Positions 39,476 through 49,376 of a stretch of 64,000 nucleotides of DNA are shown here, in pieces (positions within the stretch are counted from its first letter, which is position 1; the number at the start of each line of letters is the position of its first letter). The translations under genes and the position numbers were made by a program. This DNA comes from Candidatus Omnitrophota bacterium. GTDB taxonomy: Bacteria; Omnitrophota; Gorgyraeia; B26-G9. The notes beneath the pieces were generated by a model that was given only the letters and a program-made list of their open reading frames with translations, made no database searches and was not told where the DNA came from. The stretch spans positions 1,110 through 65,109 of the forward strand of contig JAZDHG010000031.1 of NCBI GenBank assembly GCA_043806135.1. Direction: 5' to 3'.

Positions 39476-41410
39476 ATGGTCAAAAATCATATGGAAAAGA
39501 CAGTAAAAAAAATAAACTATACCTATATTGTCTGGGCCTTAATATCTTTTTTTATATTAATTTTAAGTTTCATTAGTTTCCGCCGCTATTATTGTTTTGA
39601 TTATATCGATATGGATCTGGCGGCTTATAACCAGATCATTTGGAATATTGTCCACGGATCATGTTACAGTTCTATGCTTGGGGTGAATTTCCTGGGCCAT
39701 CATGCGCATTTTATCCTTTTTCTATTTGCACCGCTTTATTTTTTCTTTCAAACCCCGCTTTTTTTGCTTTTTATGCAGATTGTATTTCTCGCTATATGCG
39801 CATATCCGATCTTTATGATCGCCTCAAAAGAGCTTGATCAGGGATTGGCCCTATCTCTTGTAATTGCGTATCTGCTTTATCCGGCGATGGGCTATACAGC
39901 TCTTTATGAATTCCATGTGCCGGTTTTTGCAACTGCTTTTTTAACCTTTATGCTTTATTATTTCATAAAGCAGGATTTCAGGTTATTTGCTTTGTTTCTG
40001 AGCCTTAGTCTGCTTACTCAAGAGAATATTCCGCTGGTGATCATTCCTTTCGGCATATTCGCTTTTTTAAAGAAGAGGAGTATGAAATGGTGGCTTTTGC
40101 CTGCACTTGGAGGAAGCATCTGGTTTATAGCGGTTGTCGGTCAGGTAATGCCTTATTTTAATAAGAATACCGTTCAGTTCGTGACTATTTATGGTCATAT
40201 GGGGAATTCTTTACCTGAGATAATAGGTTTTATCATCAGCCGGCCTTTGACGGTGATTAAAATGATGCTGAGCGCTCAGAAAGTAAAATTCCTTTTCCAG
40301 CTGTTTGCACCGCTTTGTTTTTTTCCTTTGTTAGATACCCATATATTGATCAGCGGATTACTCTTTGTCCAGCATTTACTTTCCTCAAGGGCGCCGGAAT
40401 ATATGATTGAGTACCATTATGACGCGGAAATACTGCCGTTTATTTTTGTTTCTACTGTTTACGGCATTAAGAGATTTATGAATTGGCCGCTAATAAAACG
40501 CTATCTTCGTCCTTCTGTCATTTGCGCGCTGATACTTGCTGTGAGCATTACCTGTGCTGTCAGTTTTGGGCCTTTCATTGAAATCGCTGTTAATAAATAT
40601 AAGACAACAAAGGATGTTTGGGATCTGCAAAAAGAGCGTTTTCTTTCCATGATCCCAGATGATGCGAGCATCGTGGCAACATTTGAGTTTTTGCCCATGT
40701 TATCACAAAGAAAACAACTTTATTCCTTTCATCATGTGGTTCACGGATTTTATACGCTTTCCCGGGTGCCTTACCGCCTGCCGCAGGGTGTTGAGTATGC
40801 ATTGCTTGATGTTAATGATCCTATTGGTGTTAATGTTTTTTACAAAAGAGGAAGATCTGAATCCAATATCGCTGATTTTTTAAATTTAAATAATTGGGGC
40901 ATAGTAGAAATGCTGGATAATATTGTATTATTAAAAAATGAATATAAGAGCGATAAGAAATTCTTCCGGATACTGAAAGAGCCGCCGGTTATTGCGCAGG
41001 GATTAAATGCGCTTATAGGGACCGATATATCCTTTCTCGGATATGATATCGATAAAGAAATACAGATCAAAGGCGGCAGGAGCATTGGCGTAAAATTCTT
41101 CTGGAAAACATTAAAAAAAATAGAAACTGATTACAGAATGATCATAGAGATAAATGATGCAAAAGACAAGCTGCGTTATCAGACAATAAGGCCGTTGTGT
41201 TATCGCATATTGCCTTCTTATATGTGGGCGCAAAACGTAGTTATAGAGGAAAATTACAGGTTGTTTATACCTGAGGATTTAGAAAAAGAAAAATTCACGG
41301 TCAGTATGAAAATAATTGACGCAGGCACAGAGGATGTTGTTCCGATATTATTGAAAAATAATAGAGGACAGCCGATCAGCCTGGAAACACTGGTGATTTT
41401 AAAGAAATAA
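39476..41410 (+). CDS. DUF2079-like polytopic membrane protein (putative GT-C type glycosyltransferase)
   Basis: The N-terminal ~350 aa has more than 10 transmembrane helices. The motif YCFDYIDMDLAAYNQIIWNI…FLGHHAHFILFLFAPLYF is typical of the family. The C-terminal half is soluble. Confidence 0.55.
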   Translation: MVKNHMEKTVKKINYTYIVWALISFFILILSFISFRRYYCFDYIDMDLAAYNQIIWNIVHGSCYSSMLGVNFLGHHAHFILFLFAPLYFFFQTPLFLLFMQIVFLAICAYPIFMIASKELDQGLALSLVIAYLLYPAMGYTALYEFHVPVFATAFLTFMLYYFIKQDFRLFALFLSLSLLTQENIPLVIIPFGIFAFLKKRSMKWWLLPALGGSIWFIAVVGQVMPYFNKNTVQFVTIYGHMGNSLPEIIGFIISRPLTVIKMMLSAQKVKFLFQLFAPLCFFPLLDTHILISGLLFVQHLLSSRAPEYMIEYHYDAEILPFIFVSTVYGIKRFMNWPLIKRYLRPSVICALILAVSITCAVSFGPFIEIAVNKYKTTKDVWDLQKERFLSMIPDDASIVATFEFLPMLSQRKQLYSFHHVVHGFYTLSRVPYRLPQGVEYALLDVNDPIGVNVFYKRGRSESNIADFLNLNNWGIVEMLDNIVLLKNEYKSDKKFFRILKEPPVIAQGLNALIGTDISFLGYDIDKEIQIKGGRSIGVKFFWKTLKKIETDYRMIIEINDAKDKLRYQTIRPLCYRILPSYMWAQNVVIEENYRLFIPEDLEKEKFTVSMKIIDAGTEDVVPILLKNNRGQPISLETLVILKK

Positions 41411-41419
41411 AAGAGTAGA

Positions 41420-43108
41420 TTGCTTATGAGAGAAGTAAAATGTAATTTATGCGGTTCAAACCATAATGTTGTTGTTTACCGCTCTGCGCAGAAAACTGGA
41501 ACAGCGGCTCCTGAGGCCTATTTGATAACGGAGAAGGTATTGATCCCGCCTGAGAAAATACTTAAATGTGTGACTTGCGGTCTTGTGTTTGTTCCATCAG
41601 GCGAGAGCTCGCAGATAATAATCAGGCAGTATAGGGAAATGGTTGATGCGGGTTATATAGAAGAGGAGACGGGTAGAAGAAAAACAGCATGCCTGGTTTT
41701 AAAAAAGCTGCAAAGATATCAAAAAAAAGGCAAATTATTACTGGATGTCGGATGCAGTACGGGTTTTTTTCTCGATGAGGCAAAGAAAAAAGGGTGGCAG
41801 GTGCAGGGAGTGGAACTCTCGCAATGGGCGGCCAGTATTGCCCGGGAAAAATTTTCTATAGATGTCATAAATTCTACTTTAAAGCAGGCAAAATTGCCTG
41901 CTAATTCTTACGATCTGATCGTCTTACACGACACTATCGAGCATGTGCTTAATCCCAGGGAAATGCTTATAGAAATAAGAAGGATATTAAAACCGGACGG
42001 CGTAGTTTATATCAATACCCCGGATATCCAGAGTTTGGCAAGCCGGGTTTTGAAAGCCAGGTGGTGGGGTATTAACAGACATCATCTGTTTTATTTTTCC
42101 CGGAAAACATTGAACAGGCTGCTTGAAGCAGCCGGCTTTAAAAGTATCCGCTGGGGACTCTATGCCAGAAGTTTTACTTTAAAGTATTGGCTGGAAAGAG
42201 CAAAACCTTACAGCAGGAGCATATATAATATTTTGCAATTCCTTTGCCGGATCAGCGGTCTTGATAAAAAATTCCTTACGATAAATTTCAGGGACCAGAT
42301 AGAGGTATTTGCGGTTAAACGCCGTGCCCTTGAATACCTCAGCGAACTTGAAACAAAATCTGTCTGTACTTCCGAAAAAGATATGAAAACAATAGTTGTT
42401 CTGCCTGCATATAACGCTTCCAGAACACTTAAGGCAACATATGATGATATACCCAAGGATCTGGTGGATGAGATCATTCTCGTTGATGACGCCAGTGAGG
42501 ATAATACTGTTGAAATAGCCAGGGAATTGGGGATAACCGTCTTTGTTCATAAAACAAATAAAGGCTATGGGGCTAATCAGAAAACCTGTTATGAAAAAGC
42601 CCTGGAACACGGGGCTGATATAATAGTAATGGTGCATCCTGACTATCAATATGACCCTTGCGTGGTTGAGGATATGATCGCTCCGATCAGGAACGGCCGG
42701 GCTGATGCTGTTTTCGGCTCCCGTATGCTTAAAGGCGGTGCTCTGCTGGGCGGGATGCCGTTATGGAAACATAATGTAAATATACTGCTGAGTGCGCTTG
42801 CTAATGTTGTGCTCAGAACTTATCTTAGCGAATATCATTCCGGGTTTCGGGCTTACAGCGCGCAGTTCCTTAAAAGCATTAAATTTAAATGCAACTCGGA
42901 TGACTTTGTCTTTGATTTTGAGATCATTACCCAGGCGGTTGCAAACTATTGTAAAATAGAGGAGATTCCGATCCGTACCCGTTATTTTGATGAGGCATCA
43001 AGCATAAAACTTTTTCCTAGCATTTTTTACGGAATGGGGATTTTAAATACACTGCTTAAATTTATTCTGCATAGAAATTATTTGATAAGGTTCAAGCAGT
43101 TTGAATGA
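41420..43108 (+). CDS. Fusion protein: Zn-ribbon + class I SAM-dependent methyltransferase (N-terminal) and family-2 glycosyltransferase (C-terminal)
   Basis: The zinc ribbon is CNLCGS…CVTCGL. The methyltransferase motif I is LLDVGCSTGFFLDEA. The GT2 domain shows VVLPAYNASRTL…IILVDDASEDNT and a DxD/ED region. Confidence 0.75.
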   Translation: MLMREVKCNLCGSNHNVVVYRSAQKTGTAAPEAYLITEKVLIPPEKILKCVTCGLVFVPSGESSQIIIRQYREMVDAGYIEEETGRRKTACLVLKKLQRYQKKGKLLLDVGCSTGFFLDEAKKKGWQVQGVELSQWAASIAREKFSIDVINSTLKQAKLPANSYDLIVLHDTIEHVLNPREMLIEIRRILKPDGVVYINTPDIQSLASRVLKARWWGINRHHLFYFSRKTLNRLLEAAGFKSIRWGLYARSFTLKYWLERAKPYSRSIYNILQFLCRISGLDKKFLTINFRDQIEVFAVKRRALEYLSELETKSVCTSEKDMKTIVVLPAYNASRTLKATYDDIPKDLVDEIILVDDASEDNTVEIARELGITVFVHKTNKGYGANQKTCYEKALEHGADIIVMVHPDYQYDPCVVEDMIAPIRNGRADAVFGSRMLKGGALLGGMPLWKHNVNILLSALANVVLRTYLSEYHSGFRAYSAQFLKSIKFKCNSDDFVFDFEIITQAVANYCKIEEIPIRTRYFDEASSIKLFPSIFYGMGILNTLLKFILHRNYLIRFKQFE

Positions 43109-43206
43109 ATGTAGGGTTATTTGGTCCATGGACATAAAATTGCGTATTGACTATTATTTATAATTTGTGATATTATTTGTATAAAATCATAGCAAAGGAG
43201 GGTAAT

Positions 43207-43623
43207 ATGTTTTTAGAAGGATTGCTTAAAAGAAAAGGGATTTTAATGTTGATGCTTGCAATTGCAATGCTTTGCGGAATTTCTCCGGCAAATGTGATTG
43301 CTATGCCGGTTGATTCACAAATCGCTGTAAGCTCCAGTCAGCAGGCTATGCATATACAAAAGATCCAAAGCTTTCTGAATAAATCCCTGGTTCAGAACAG
43401 ACTGGCAAAACTGGGCTTAAGCAAAGAATCGGCAATGCAGTATGTATCAACTATGGATGAGGCTCAGCTGGCGAAATTATCAGAAAAGGTCGATAGTATT
43501 GACAAGGCTTCCGATAGCGGCATGGTTTTACTGCTGGTAATCTTGCTTATTGTACTGTTCGTGCTTTACTTTACCGATTATAAGGTCAAACTGGAACCTC
43601 GCCGTAATAAGAAGAGTAAATAG
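43207..43623 (+). CDS. Small secreted protein with C-terminal TM anchor and basic tail
   Basis: An RBS AAAGGAGGG precedes the ATG at 43207. The signal peptide is LMLMLAIAMLCGISPANVIA. The C-terminus is MVLLLVILLIVLFVLYF followed by RRNKKSK. Confidence 0.6.
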   Translation: MFLEGLLKRKGILMLMLAIAMLCGISPANVIAMPVDSQIAVSSSQQAMHIQKIQSFLNKSLVQNRLAKLGLSKESAMQYVSTMDEAQLAKLSEKVDSIDKASDSGMVLLLVILLIVLFVLYFTDYKVKLEPRRNKKSK

Positions 43624-43736
43624 GTTCACGGAAAAATACAGTTTTATCGTCTTTAATCTGTGAAATCTTGGCTCTAATCTCTGGAATCAGGGTCTGATGA
43701 GTTTTTCAGCAGACCCTAAATAACGATAGATTTTAA

Positions 43737-44825
43737 TTGATTGTGATTATAAAAAAATATATAAGAAATTGCTCAATTTTAGCAATGATTGTCTTTTTAA
43801 ACGCTGGTTGTTTATCAACCAGCGTTTCTTTTCTCGAGCTCCAGATAAAGGAAAATCCTGCATCCGGTATTATTCTTGATGTGCCTTTTGTGGAACAAAA
43901 AAAAGAATTCTGCGGTCCGGCTGCGCTCTCCAGTGTATTTGCTTTTTGGAAAAGGCCTGTAACCCAGGATAAAATCGCCGAAGATATTTTTAAGCCGGAA
44001 CTCTGCGGGGTTTTAAATATTGATCTTGAAAAGTATGCAAGAGATTTCGGTTTTTGGGCCAAAGGCTATGAGACGGATTTTGAGGATCTAAAAAGTCAGC
44101 TGCTTAAAGGCATTCCGGTTATTGTAATGGAAAAGCTGCACCCGTTTATTTTAAACCGCAATCATTATACAGTGATTACCGGTTTTTCGGATAAACACAA
44201 GGCTATTATTGAACACACCGGTTCCCGGGAATCGGTGGTCAGGTCTTACCAAGGGTTTAAGCGCAACTGGTATGCCGGTGGCGCCTGGATGCTCAAAGTA
44301 ATGCCTTTTGATAAAGTAGGAGATATCTCAAGCAAGGAAGAAAATATTGAGCTGGGCACTGTGCTTGAAAAACATGGTTTTTTCGATGAGTCTTTGAAAA
44401 GATATAATGCCGCGTTAAAACTGGACACGGAAAGTAATATAGCGTTGTTCAATATAGGCAATATTCGTATGCGCCTTAAGGATTGGAAACAGGCAGAATT
44501 GGCTTACCAGCAATCTATCGCTCTCAATAAAACTTTTTCCGATGCTTATAATAATCTGGCCTATTTATATTTGCAAACAGGCAAATACAGCCTGGCACAT
44601 GAATATATAGATAAAGCCCTGAGCTTTAATTCAACCAGGAAGTTTTATTACCTGGATACTAAAGCACAGATATTTCTAGCCCAAAGAAAGGTTTCAGAGG
44701 CATTGTGTTTCATCAAACAGGCTAAGCTTAATCAGCAAAATGTTCCGGAACAGATTATTGTGGACTTTAATAAATTCTGGATCGAAAAGATTCCCGCAAC
44801 CCGGGACTTTTTGATCGGCGAATAA
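43737..44825 (+). CDS. C39-like cysteine peptidase domain (Peptidase_C39_2-type) fused to TPR repeats; lipoprotein-type signal
   Basis: The lipobox is LNAGC. The catalytic-Cys context is KEFCGPAALSSVFAFW, and a His lies in NHYTVITGF. The C-terminus has 4-5 TPR repeats. Confidence 0.65.
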   Translation: MIVIIKKYIRNCSILAMIVFLNAGCLSTSVSFLELQIKENPASGIILDVPFVEQKKEFCGPAALSSVFAFWKRPVTQDKIAEDIFKPELCGVLNIDLEKYARDFGFWAKGYETDFEDLKSQLLKGIPVIVMEKLHPFILNRNHYTVITGFSDKHKAIIEHTGSRESVVRSYQGFKRNWYAGGAWMLKVMPFDKVGDISSKEENIELGTVLEKHGFFDESLKRYNAALKLDTESNIALFNIGNIRMRLKDWKQAELAYQQSIALNKTFSDAYNNLAYLYLQTGKYSLAHEYIDKALSFNSTRKFYYLDTKAQIFLAQRKVSEALCFIKQAKLNQQNVPEQIIVDFNKFWIEKIPATRDFLIGE

Positions 44826-44943
44826 TCGCTAACCGGCTTTAAAAACGGGCTATTCTTTTTTAGGGTGGAAGAATTTTTGTAAGATAGTAAGAATGAAGAG
44901 GCTAGATAGAAACAATAATGGACAACGAATCTGTGTAATCCTG

Positions 44944-44994
44944 TTTTAATCTGTGAAATCAGGTTCTTGCTGTTATTCTAAACAAGAAAGAACC
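44944..44994 (+). repeat. 52-nt dispersed hairpin repeat, copy A (upstream of purB)
   Basis: Read directly: ttttaatctgtgaaatcaggttcttgctgttattctaaacaagaaagaacc. The stem is GGTTCTT/AAGAACC with a variable loop. The flank cgaatctgtgtaatcctg at 44927-44943 is also shared with copy B. Confidence 0.6.
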
Positions 44995-45090
44995 AAAAAA
45001 CCCGCCCAAAACCGGATTATAAAAGGTTTGACGTAACCTGAATAATTTGATATTATTAAGTATTCCTGAACTATATAGAGAGGTGGAACT

Positions 45091-46383
45091 ATGATTGAAC
45101 GCTATACCCGCCAAAAAATGGGTCAAATCTGGGAAGAACAGGCAAGATGGCAGAAAATGCTTGATGTTGAGATTGCGGTTTGTGAAGCCTGGGCACAATT
45201 AGGCAAGATACCTAAATTATCACTGGAGCGGATAAAAAAGCGCGCTAAGTTTGATCTTAAGCGTATAAAAGAAATTGAGAAAGAAACAAAACATGACATT
45301 ATTTCCTTTCTTACCAGTGTTGCGGAAAATGTAGGGGAGGATTCGCGCTTTATCCATATGGGTCTGACGTCTAATGATATTATTGACACAGGAGCAGCAT
45401 TACAGCTCAAAGACACCTCGGATATCCTTATCGAAGATATGAATTTGCTTCTGAAAGTATTGAAAAAAAAGGCAAAAAAATATAAATATACAGCGATTGC
45501 AGGGCGTTCTCATAATGTGCATGCCGAACCGACTACCTTTGGCCTGAAGATGGCACTCTGGTATGAAGAAACAAGGCGTAATCTTAAAAGACTTTATGAT
45601 GCAAAGGAAAGTGTTTGTGTGGGCAAGCTTTCAGGCGCTGTCGGCACATACTCCAATATTGACCCCAGAGTGGAGAAGGTCGTGCTTAAGAAATTAAAAC
45701 TAGGACTTGAACCGGTAGCCTCTCAGATCGTTCAGCGTGATCGCCATGCGCAATACTTAACGACGCTGGCAATTATCGGATCGAGTCTGGAAAAATTTAC
45801 TACAGAAATCAGAAATCTGCAGCATACAGAAATACTTGAGGTTGAAGAGTTTTTCTCCAAAGGGCAAAAAGGATCATCGGCAATGCCGCATAAACGCAAT
45901 CCCATAACTTGTGAACGCATATCGGGATTAGCCCGTGTCTTGCGCGGAAATTCCCTGGCGGCAATGGAGAATATATCACTTTGGCATGAGAGGGATATCT
46001 CGCATTCTTCTGTTGAGAGGATAATTCTGCCTGATTCCACGATCCTGCTTGATTATATGCTTAGTCTTTCTGTTGAGCTTATAGATAAGCTGATCGTGTA
46101 TCCTGAAAATATGTTAAATAATTTGAATAAAACAAAAGGACTCATATTTTCGCAGAGGGTTTTAATCGCTCTTGTGGAAAAAGGACTTACCCGGGAGCAG
46201 GCCTACGATATTGTTCAGAGGAATGCTCTGAAAGTCTGGAAGGAAAACGCTGATTTCAAGACATTGCTTTTTAATGACAGCAGTCTTGAGAATGTGCTCT
46301 CTTCAAAAGAAATCGAAAGATGTTTTGATCTGAAATATGTATTGAGAAATATTGAGGTTATTTTTAAGCGAGTAAATATCTAA
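45091..46383 (+). CDS. purB: Adenylosuccinate lyase
   Basis: The lyase-1 family signature is GSSAMPHKRNP. The 430-aa length is typical of PurB. Confidence 0.9.
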   Translation: MIERYTRQKMGQIWEEQARWQKMLDVEIAVCEAWAQLGKIPKLSLERIKKRAKFDLKRIKEIEKETKHDIISFLTSVAENVGEDSRFIHMGLTSNDIIDTGAALQLKDTSDILIEDMNLLLKVLKKKAKKYKYTAIAGRSHNVHAEPTTFGLKMALWYEETRRNLKRLYDAKESVCVGKLSGAVGTYSNIDPRVEKVVLKKLKLGLEPVASQIVQRDRHAQYLTTLAIIGSSLEKFTTEIRNLQHTEILEVEEFFSKGQKGSSAMPHKRNPITCERISGLARVLRGNSLAAMENISLWHERDISHSSVERIILPDSTILLDYMLSLSVELIDKLIVYPENMLNNLNKTKGLIFSQRVLIALVEKGLTREQAYDIVQRNALKVWKENADFKTLLFNDSSLENVLSSKEIERCFDLKYVLRNIEVIFKRVNI

Positions 46384-46413
46384 ATCCTGAAATTATGGTA
46401 ATAATTTAAAAAT

Positions 46414-49332
46414 ATGTTTTGGAGAATAGAAGTAAAAAATAAATCTTCCGTAAAAGATCCCGTCGGAGAAGCGATCAAACGTGATATTATCGATCTCGGC
46501 ATCAATAGCGTCCAAGACGTTAAAATGGTGCAGATTTATATCATCGAGGGAAAGTTTTCCAAAGGGCAAATCAAGAAAATCGCTGATGAGCTGCTGGCTG
46601 ACCTTATCATCCAGAGCAGCCGCTGCGGCCGGTTGGAAGATAAAAAATTTTCCAGTGTTTCTAAAAAAGATGAGTATGTTATTGAGATCGCCTATAATCC
46701 GGGAGTTATGGACCCCTGGCAGGAAAGTACCCGTAAAGGGATAATGGATTTAGGCATTAGGGATGTCGCAGATGTTACTACCGGCCGCCAGTACATAATT
46801 TCAGGTAAACTCAGTAAGTCACAAATCAGCCTGATCAGCGAAAAACTGCTGTATAACAAAATTATTCAGCATGTAGTACAGATCAGGAATTTAAAAAAAA
46901 CTCTAGAGGCACATAAAGATATAAATTATGAGTTTAAAAAAGTAGAAGTGGATTTGCTGGGCAGCTCGGATAAACAGCTTATGCAAATAAGCAAACAATG
47001 GTGTCTTTCCTTAACCTTAGAGGAAATGCTGGCCATTAAAAAATATTTTACTCACCTTTTACGAAATCCCACTGATTGCGAACTGGAAACTCTTGCGCAG
47101 ACCTGGTCAGAGCATTGTGTACATAAAACAATGCGTGGTGTTATTGATTATACCGATAATTCAAAGGAGGGAAAAGGTAAATCCCGAAAAATCAAAAATC
47201 TGCTTAAAACCACAATTATGAATGCCACTAAAAAACTGAATAAATCTTGGTGCGTATCGGTTTTTAAGGATAATGCCGGTATTATAAATTTTGATAAGGA
47301 TTATGATATTTGCTTTAAAGTTGAAACGCATAACCATCCTTCCGCGCTTGATCCTTACGGCGGAGCCGGTACCGGAATTGGCGGTGTGATCCGCGATGTT
47401 CTTGGGGTAGGCCTTGGCGCAAAACCGATATTAAATACCGATGTGTTTTGTTTCGGAATGCCTGATATGAAAACTGAAGCTGTTCCTCAGGGAGTACTGC
47501 ACCCGAAAAGAATAATGAAAGGGGTTGTGGCCGGGGTTAGGGACTATGGAAACAGGATGGGGATCCCGACATCGAACGGAGCGGTTATTTTTGATGAAAG
47601 ATATCTTGGCAATCCTCTTGTATATTGCGGCACAGTAGGTATTATGCCCAAGAGATTTGCTTTCAAAAAAACAAATCCGGGAGAATATATTGTTGCTTTT
47701 GGTGGAAGAACCGGCCGTGACGGTATTCACGGGGCGACATTCTCTTCTATAGAACTTACCCACGAATCTGAGGAGATATCAAGCGGAGCAGTTCAGATCG
47801 GCAATCCGATAACGGAAAAGAAAGTTCTGGATACTCTGCTGCAGGCGCGTGACGAAAAACTTTATACAGCTGTTACAGATTGCGGTGCAGGCGGGTTTTC
47901 CAGCGCGGTCGGGGAGATGGGGGCCCAAACAGGAGCGCGGGTTGATCTGGACAAGGCATTATTGAAGTACAAGGGTTTAAGCTATACGGAGATCTGGATA
48001 TCGGAAGCACAGGAGCGCATGGTTGTATCTGTTCCCCGGAAAAAACTGAAGCGCCTGCTTGAACTTTTTGAAAAAGAAAATGTGGAAGCGGCTGTGATCG
48101 GCGAATTTACAGACACGAAAAAACTGGAGATTTTCTCAAACGGAGTTTGTGTCTGCAACCTGGATATGAAATTCCTGCATGAAGGGGTGCCTGATTCTGC
48201 AAGAAAAGCTCTCTGGCAGCCTCCGGTTATTAAGGAAAGTAAACGGGAATGTATAAAAAATCTTAACAAGGAATTATTAAAAGTTCTGGGTGATTTGAAT
48301 ATATGCTCAAAAGAGTGGATTATCCGCCAGTATGACCATGAAGTGCAGGGAATGAGTGTTTTAAAACCATTGTCCGGAGCCGAAAACGACGGGCCTCAGG
48401 ATGCGGCAGTGATAAAACCTCTGGCTGATTCTAATAGAGGGATTGCAATTGCTTGCGGAATCAACTCCCGTTACTCTGATATTGATCCTTACTGGATGGC
48501 TGCTTCGTGCGTTGATGAGGCACTGCGGCAGATAATAAGTGTAGGAGGAGATCTAAAACAGATAGCGGTGCTGGATAATTTTAGCTGGGCAAATACCGCG
48601 AGACCCAAGGTGCTGGGTGAACTAGTGCGTGCATGTCTGGGTGCACAGGACGCTTCTTTGGCTTACGGGGTACCGTTCATCTCAGGTAAAGACAGCTTGA
48701 ATAATGAGTATAATATCGGGAAAAAAACAATTTCTATCCCATCTACACTTTTAATCTCTGCCATGGGGGTAATTGATGATGTGGAAAAAGTAGTATCAAG
48801 CGATTTAAAAGTTTCTGGCAATCTTATCTATTGTATCGGCACGACTGCAAATGAAATGGGCGGAAGCAGTTATTTTGCAATGAATAATTACACCAGCGGT
48901 AATGTGCCTAAGGTTGATTTTAAAAGAAACCGTATGACTTTCGAGCAGTTAAGTGAGTGCGTCAATAAAGGACTTATACGTTCATGCCATGATATATCCG
49001 ATGGAGGCTTAGGGGTAACACTGGCTGAAATGGCTTTCTCAGGGAATGTGGGTATGAATGTGTCTCTCTCAAAGGTTAAGCACAGGATCAGTAAAAATGA
49101 GCTGAGAGACGATATAATTTTATTTTCAGAATCAAACGGCCGTTTCGTCGTGGAGATCGAAAAAAATAAAAAGAAGGAATTTGAAGGGATGATGGAAGGA
49201 GTTCCTTTGTCCTGCATTGGACACACAATACAGGAAGAGAGGCTCACTGTGGCTGGTATTGATGATTCTATAGTAATAAACTGCGACTTGTCTTGCTTGA
49301 AGCAAGCATGGCAGAGTCCTTTGAAATGGTAA
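46414..49332 (+). CDS. purL: FGAM synthase: tandem PurS-PurS domains fused to PurL (synthetase subunit)
   Basis: There are two ~80-aa PurS-like repeats: MFWRIEVKNK…VQIYIIEGKF and EYVIEIAYNPGVMDP…RQYIISGKL. The PurL small-type body follows, with HNHPSALDPYGGAGTGIGGVIRD and a duplicated AIRS fold. Confidence 0.85.
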   Translation: MFWRIEVKNKSSVKDPVGEAIKRDIIDLGINSVQDVKMVQIYIIEGKFSKGQIKKIADELLADLIIQSSRCGRLEDKKFSSVSKKDEYVIEIAYNPGVMDPWQESTRKGIMDLGIRDVADVTTGRQYIISGKLSKSQISLISEKLLYNKIIQHVVQIRNLKKTLEAHKDINYEFKKVEVDLLGSSDKQLMQISKQWCLSLTLEEMLAIKKYFTHLLRNPTDCELETLAQTWSEHCVHKTMRGVIDYTDNSKEGKGKSRKIKNLLKTTIMNATKKLNKSWCVSVFKDNAGIINFDKDYDICFKVETHNHPSALDPYGGAGTGIGGVIRDVLGVGLGAKPILNTDVFCFGMPDMKTEAVPQGVLHPKRIMKGVVAGVRDYGNRMGIPTSNGAVIFDERYLGNPLVYCGTVGIMPKRFAFKKTNPGEYIVAFGGRTGRDGIHGATFSSIELTHESEEISSGAVQIGNPITEKKVLDTLLQARDEKLYTAVTDCGAGGFSSAVGEMGAQTGARVDLDKALLKYKGLSYTEIWISEAQERMVVSVPRKKLKRLLELFEKENVEAAVIGEFTDTKKLEIFSNGVCVCNLDMKFLHEGVPDSARKALWQPPVIKESKRECIKNLNKELLKVLGDLNICSKEWIIRQYDHEVQGMSVLKPLSGAENDGPQDAAVIKPLADSNRGIAIACGINSRYSDIDPYWMAASCVDEALRQIISVGGDLKQIAVLDNFSWANTARPKVLGELVRACLGAQDASLAYGVPFISGKDSLNNEYNIGKKTISIPSTLLISAMGVIDDVEKVVSSDLKVSGNLIYCIGTTANEMGGSSYFAMNNYTSGNVPKVDFKRNRMTFEQLSECVNKGLIRSCHDISDGGLGVTLAEMAFSGNVGMNVSLSKVKHRISKNELRDDIILFSESNGRFVVEIEKNKKKEFEGMMEGVPLSCIGHTIQEERLTVAGIDDSIVINCDLSCLKQAWQSPLKW

Positions 49333-49376
49333 AGTTTTATAGACTATAACCCTAAGAATACAAAATTTAAAAACAA

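Noticed and set aside
44927-44994. Purine/ZTP/PRPP riboswitch upstream of purB and purE
   Set aside because: No recognisable conserved riboswitch core is present. A third copy lies in reverse orientation in a gene-free region, which argues for a dispersed repeat and against a dedicated pur-gene riboswitch.
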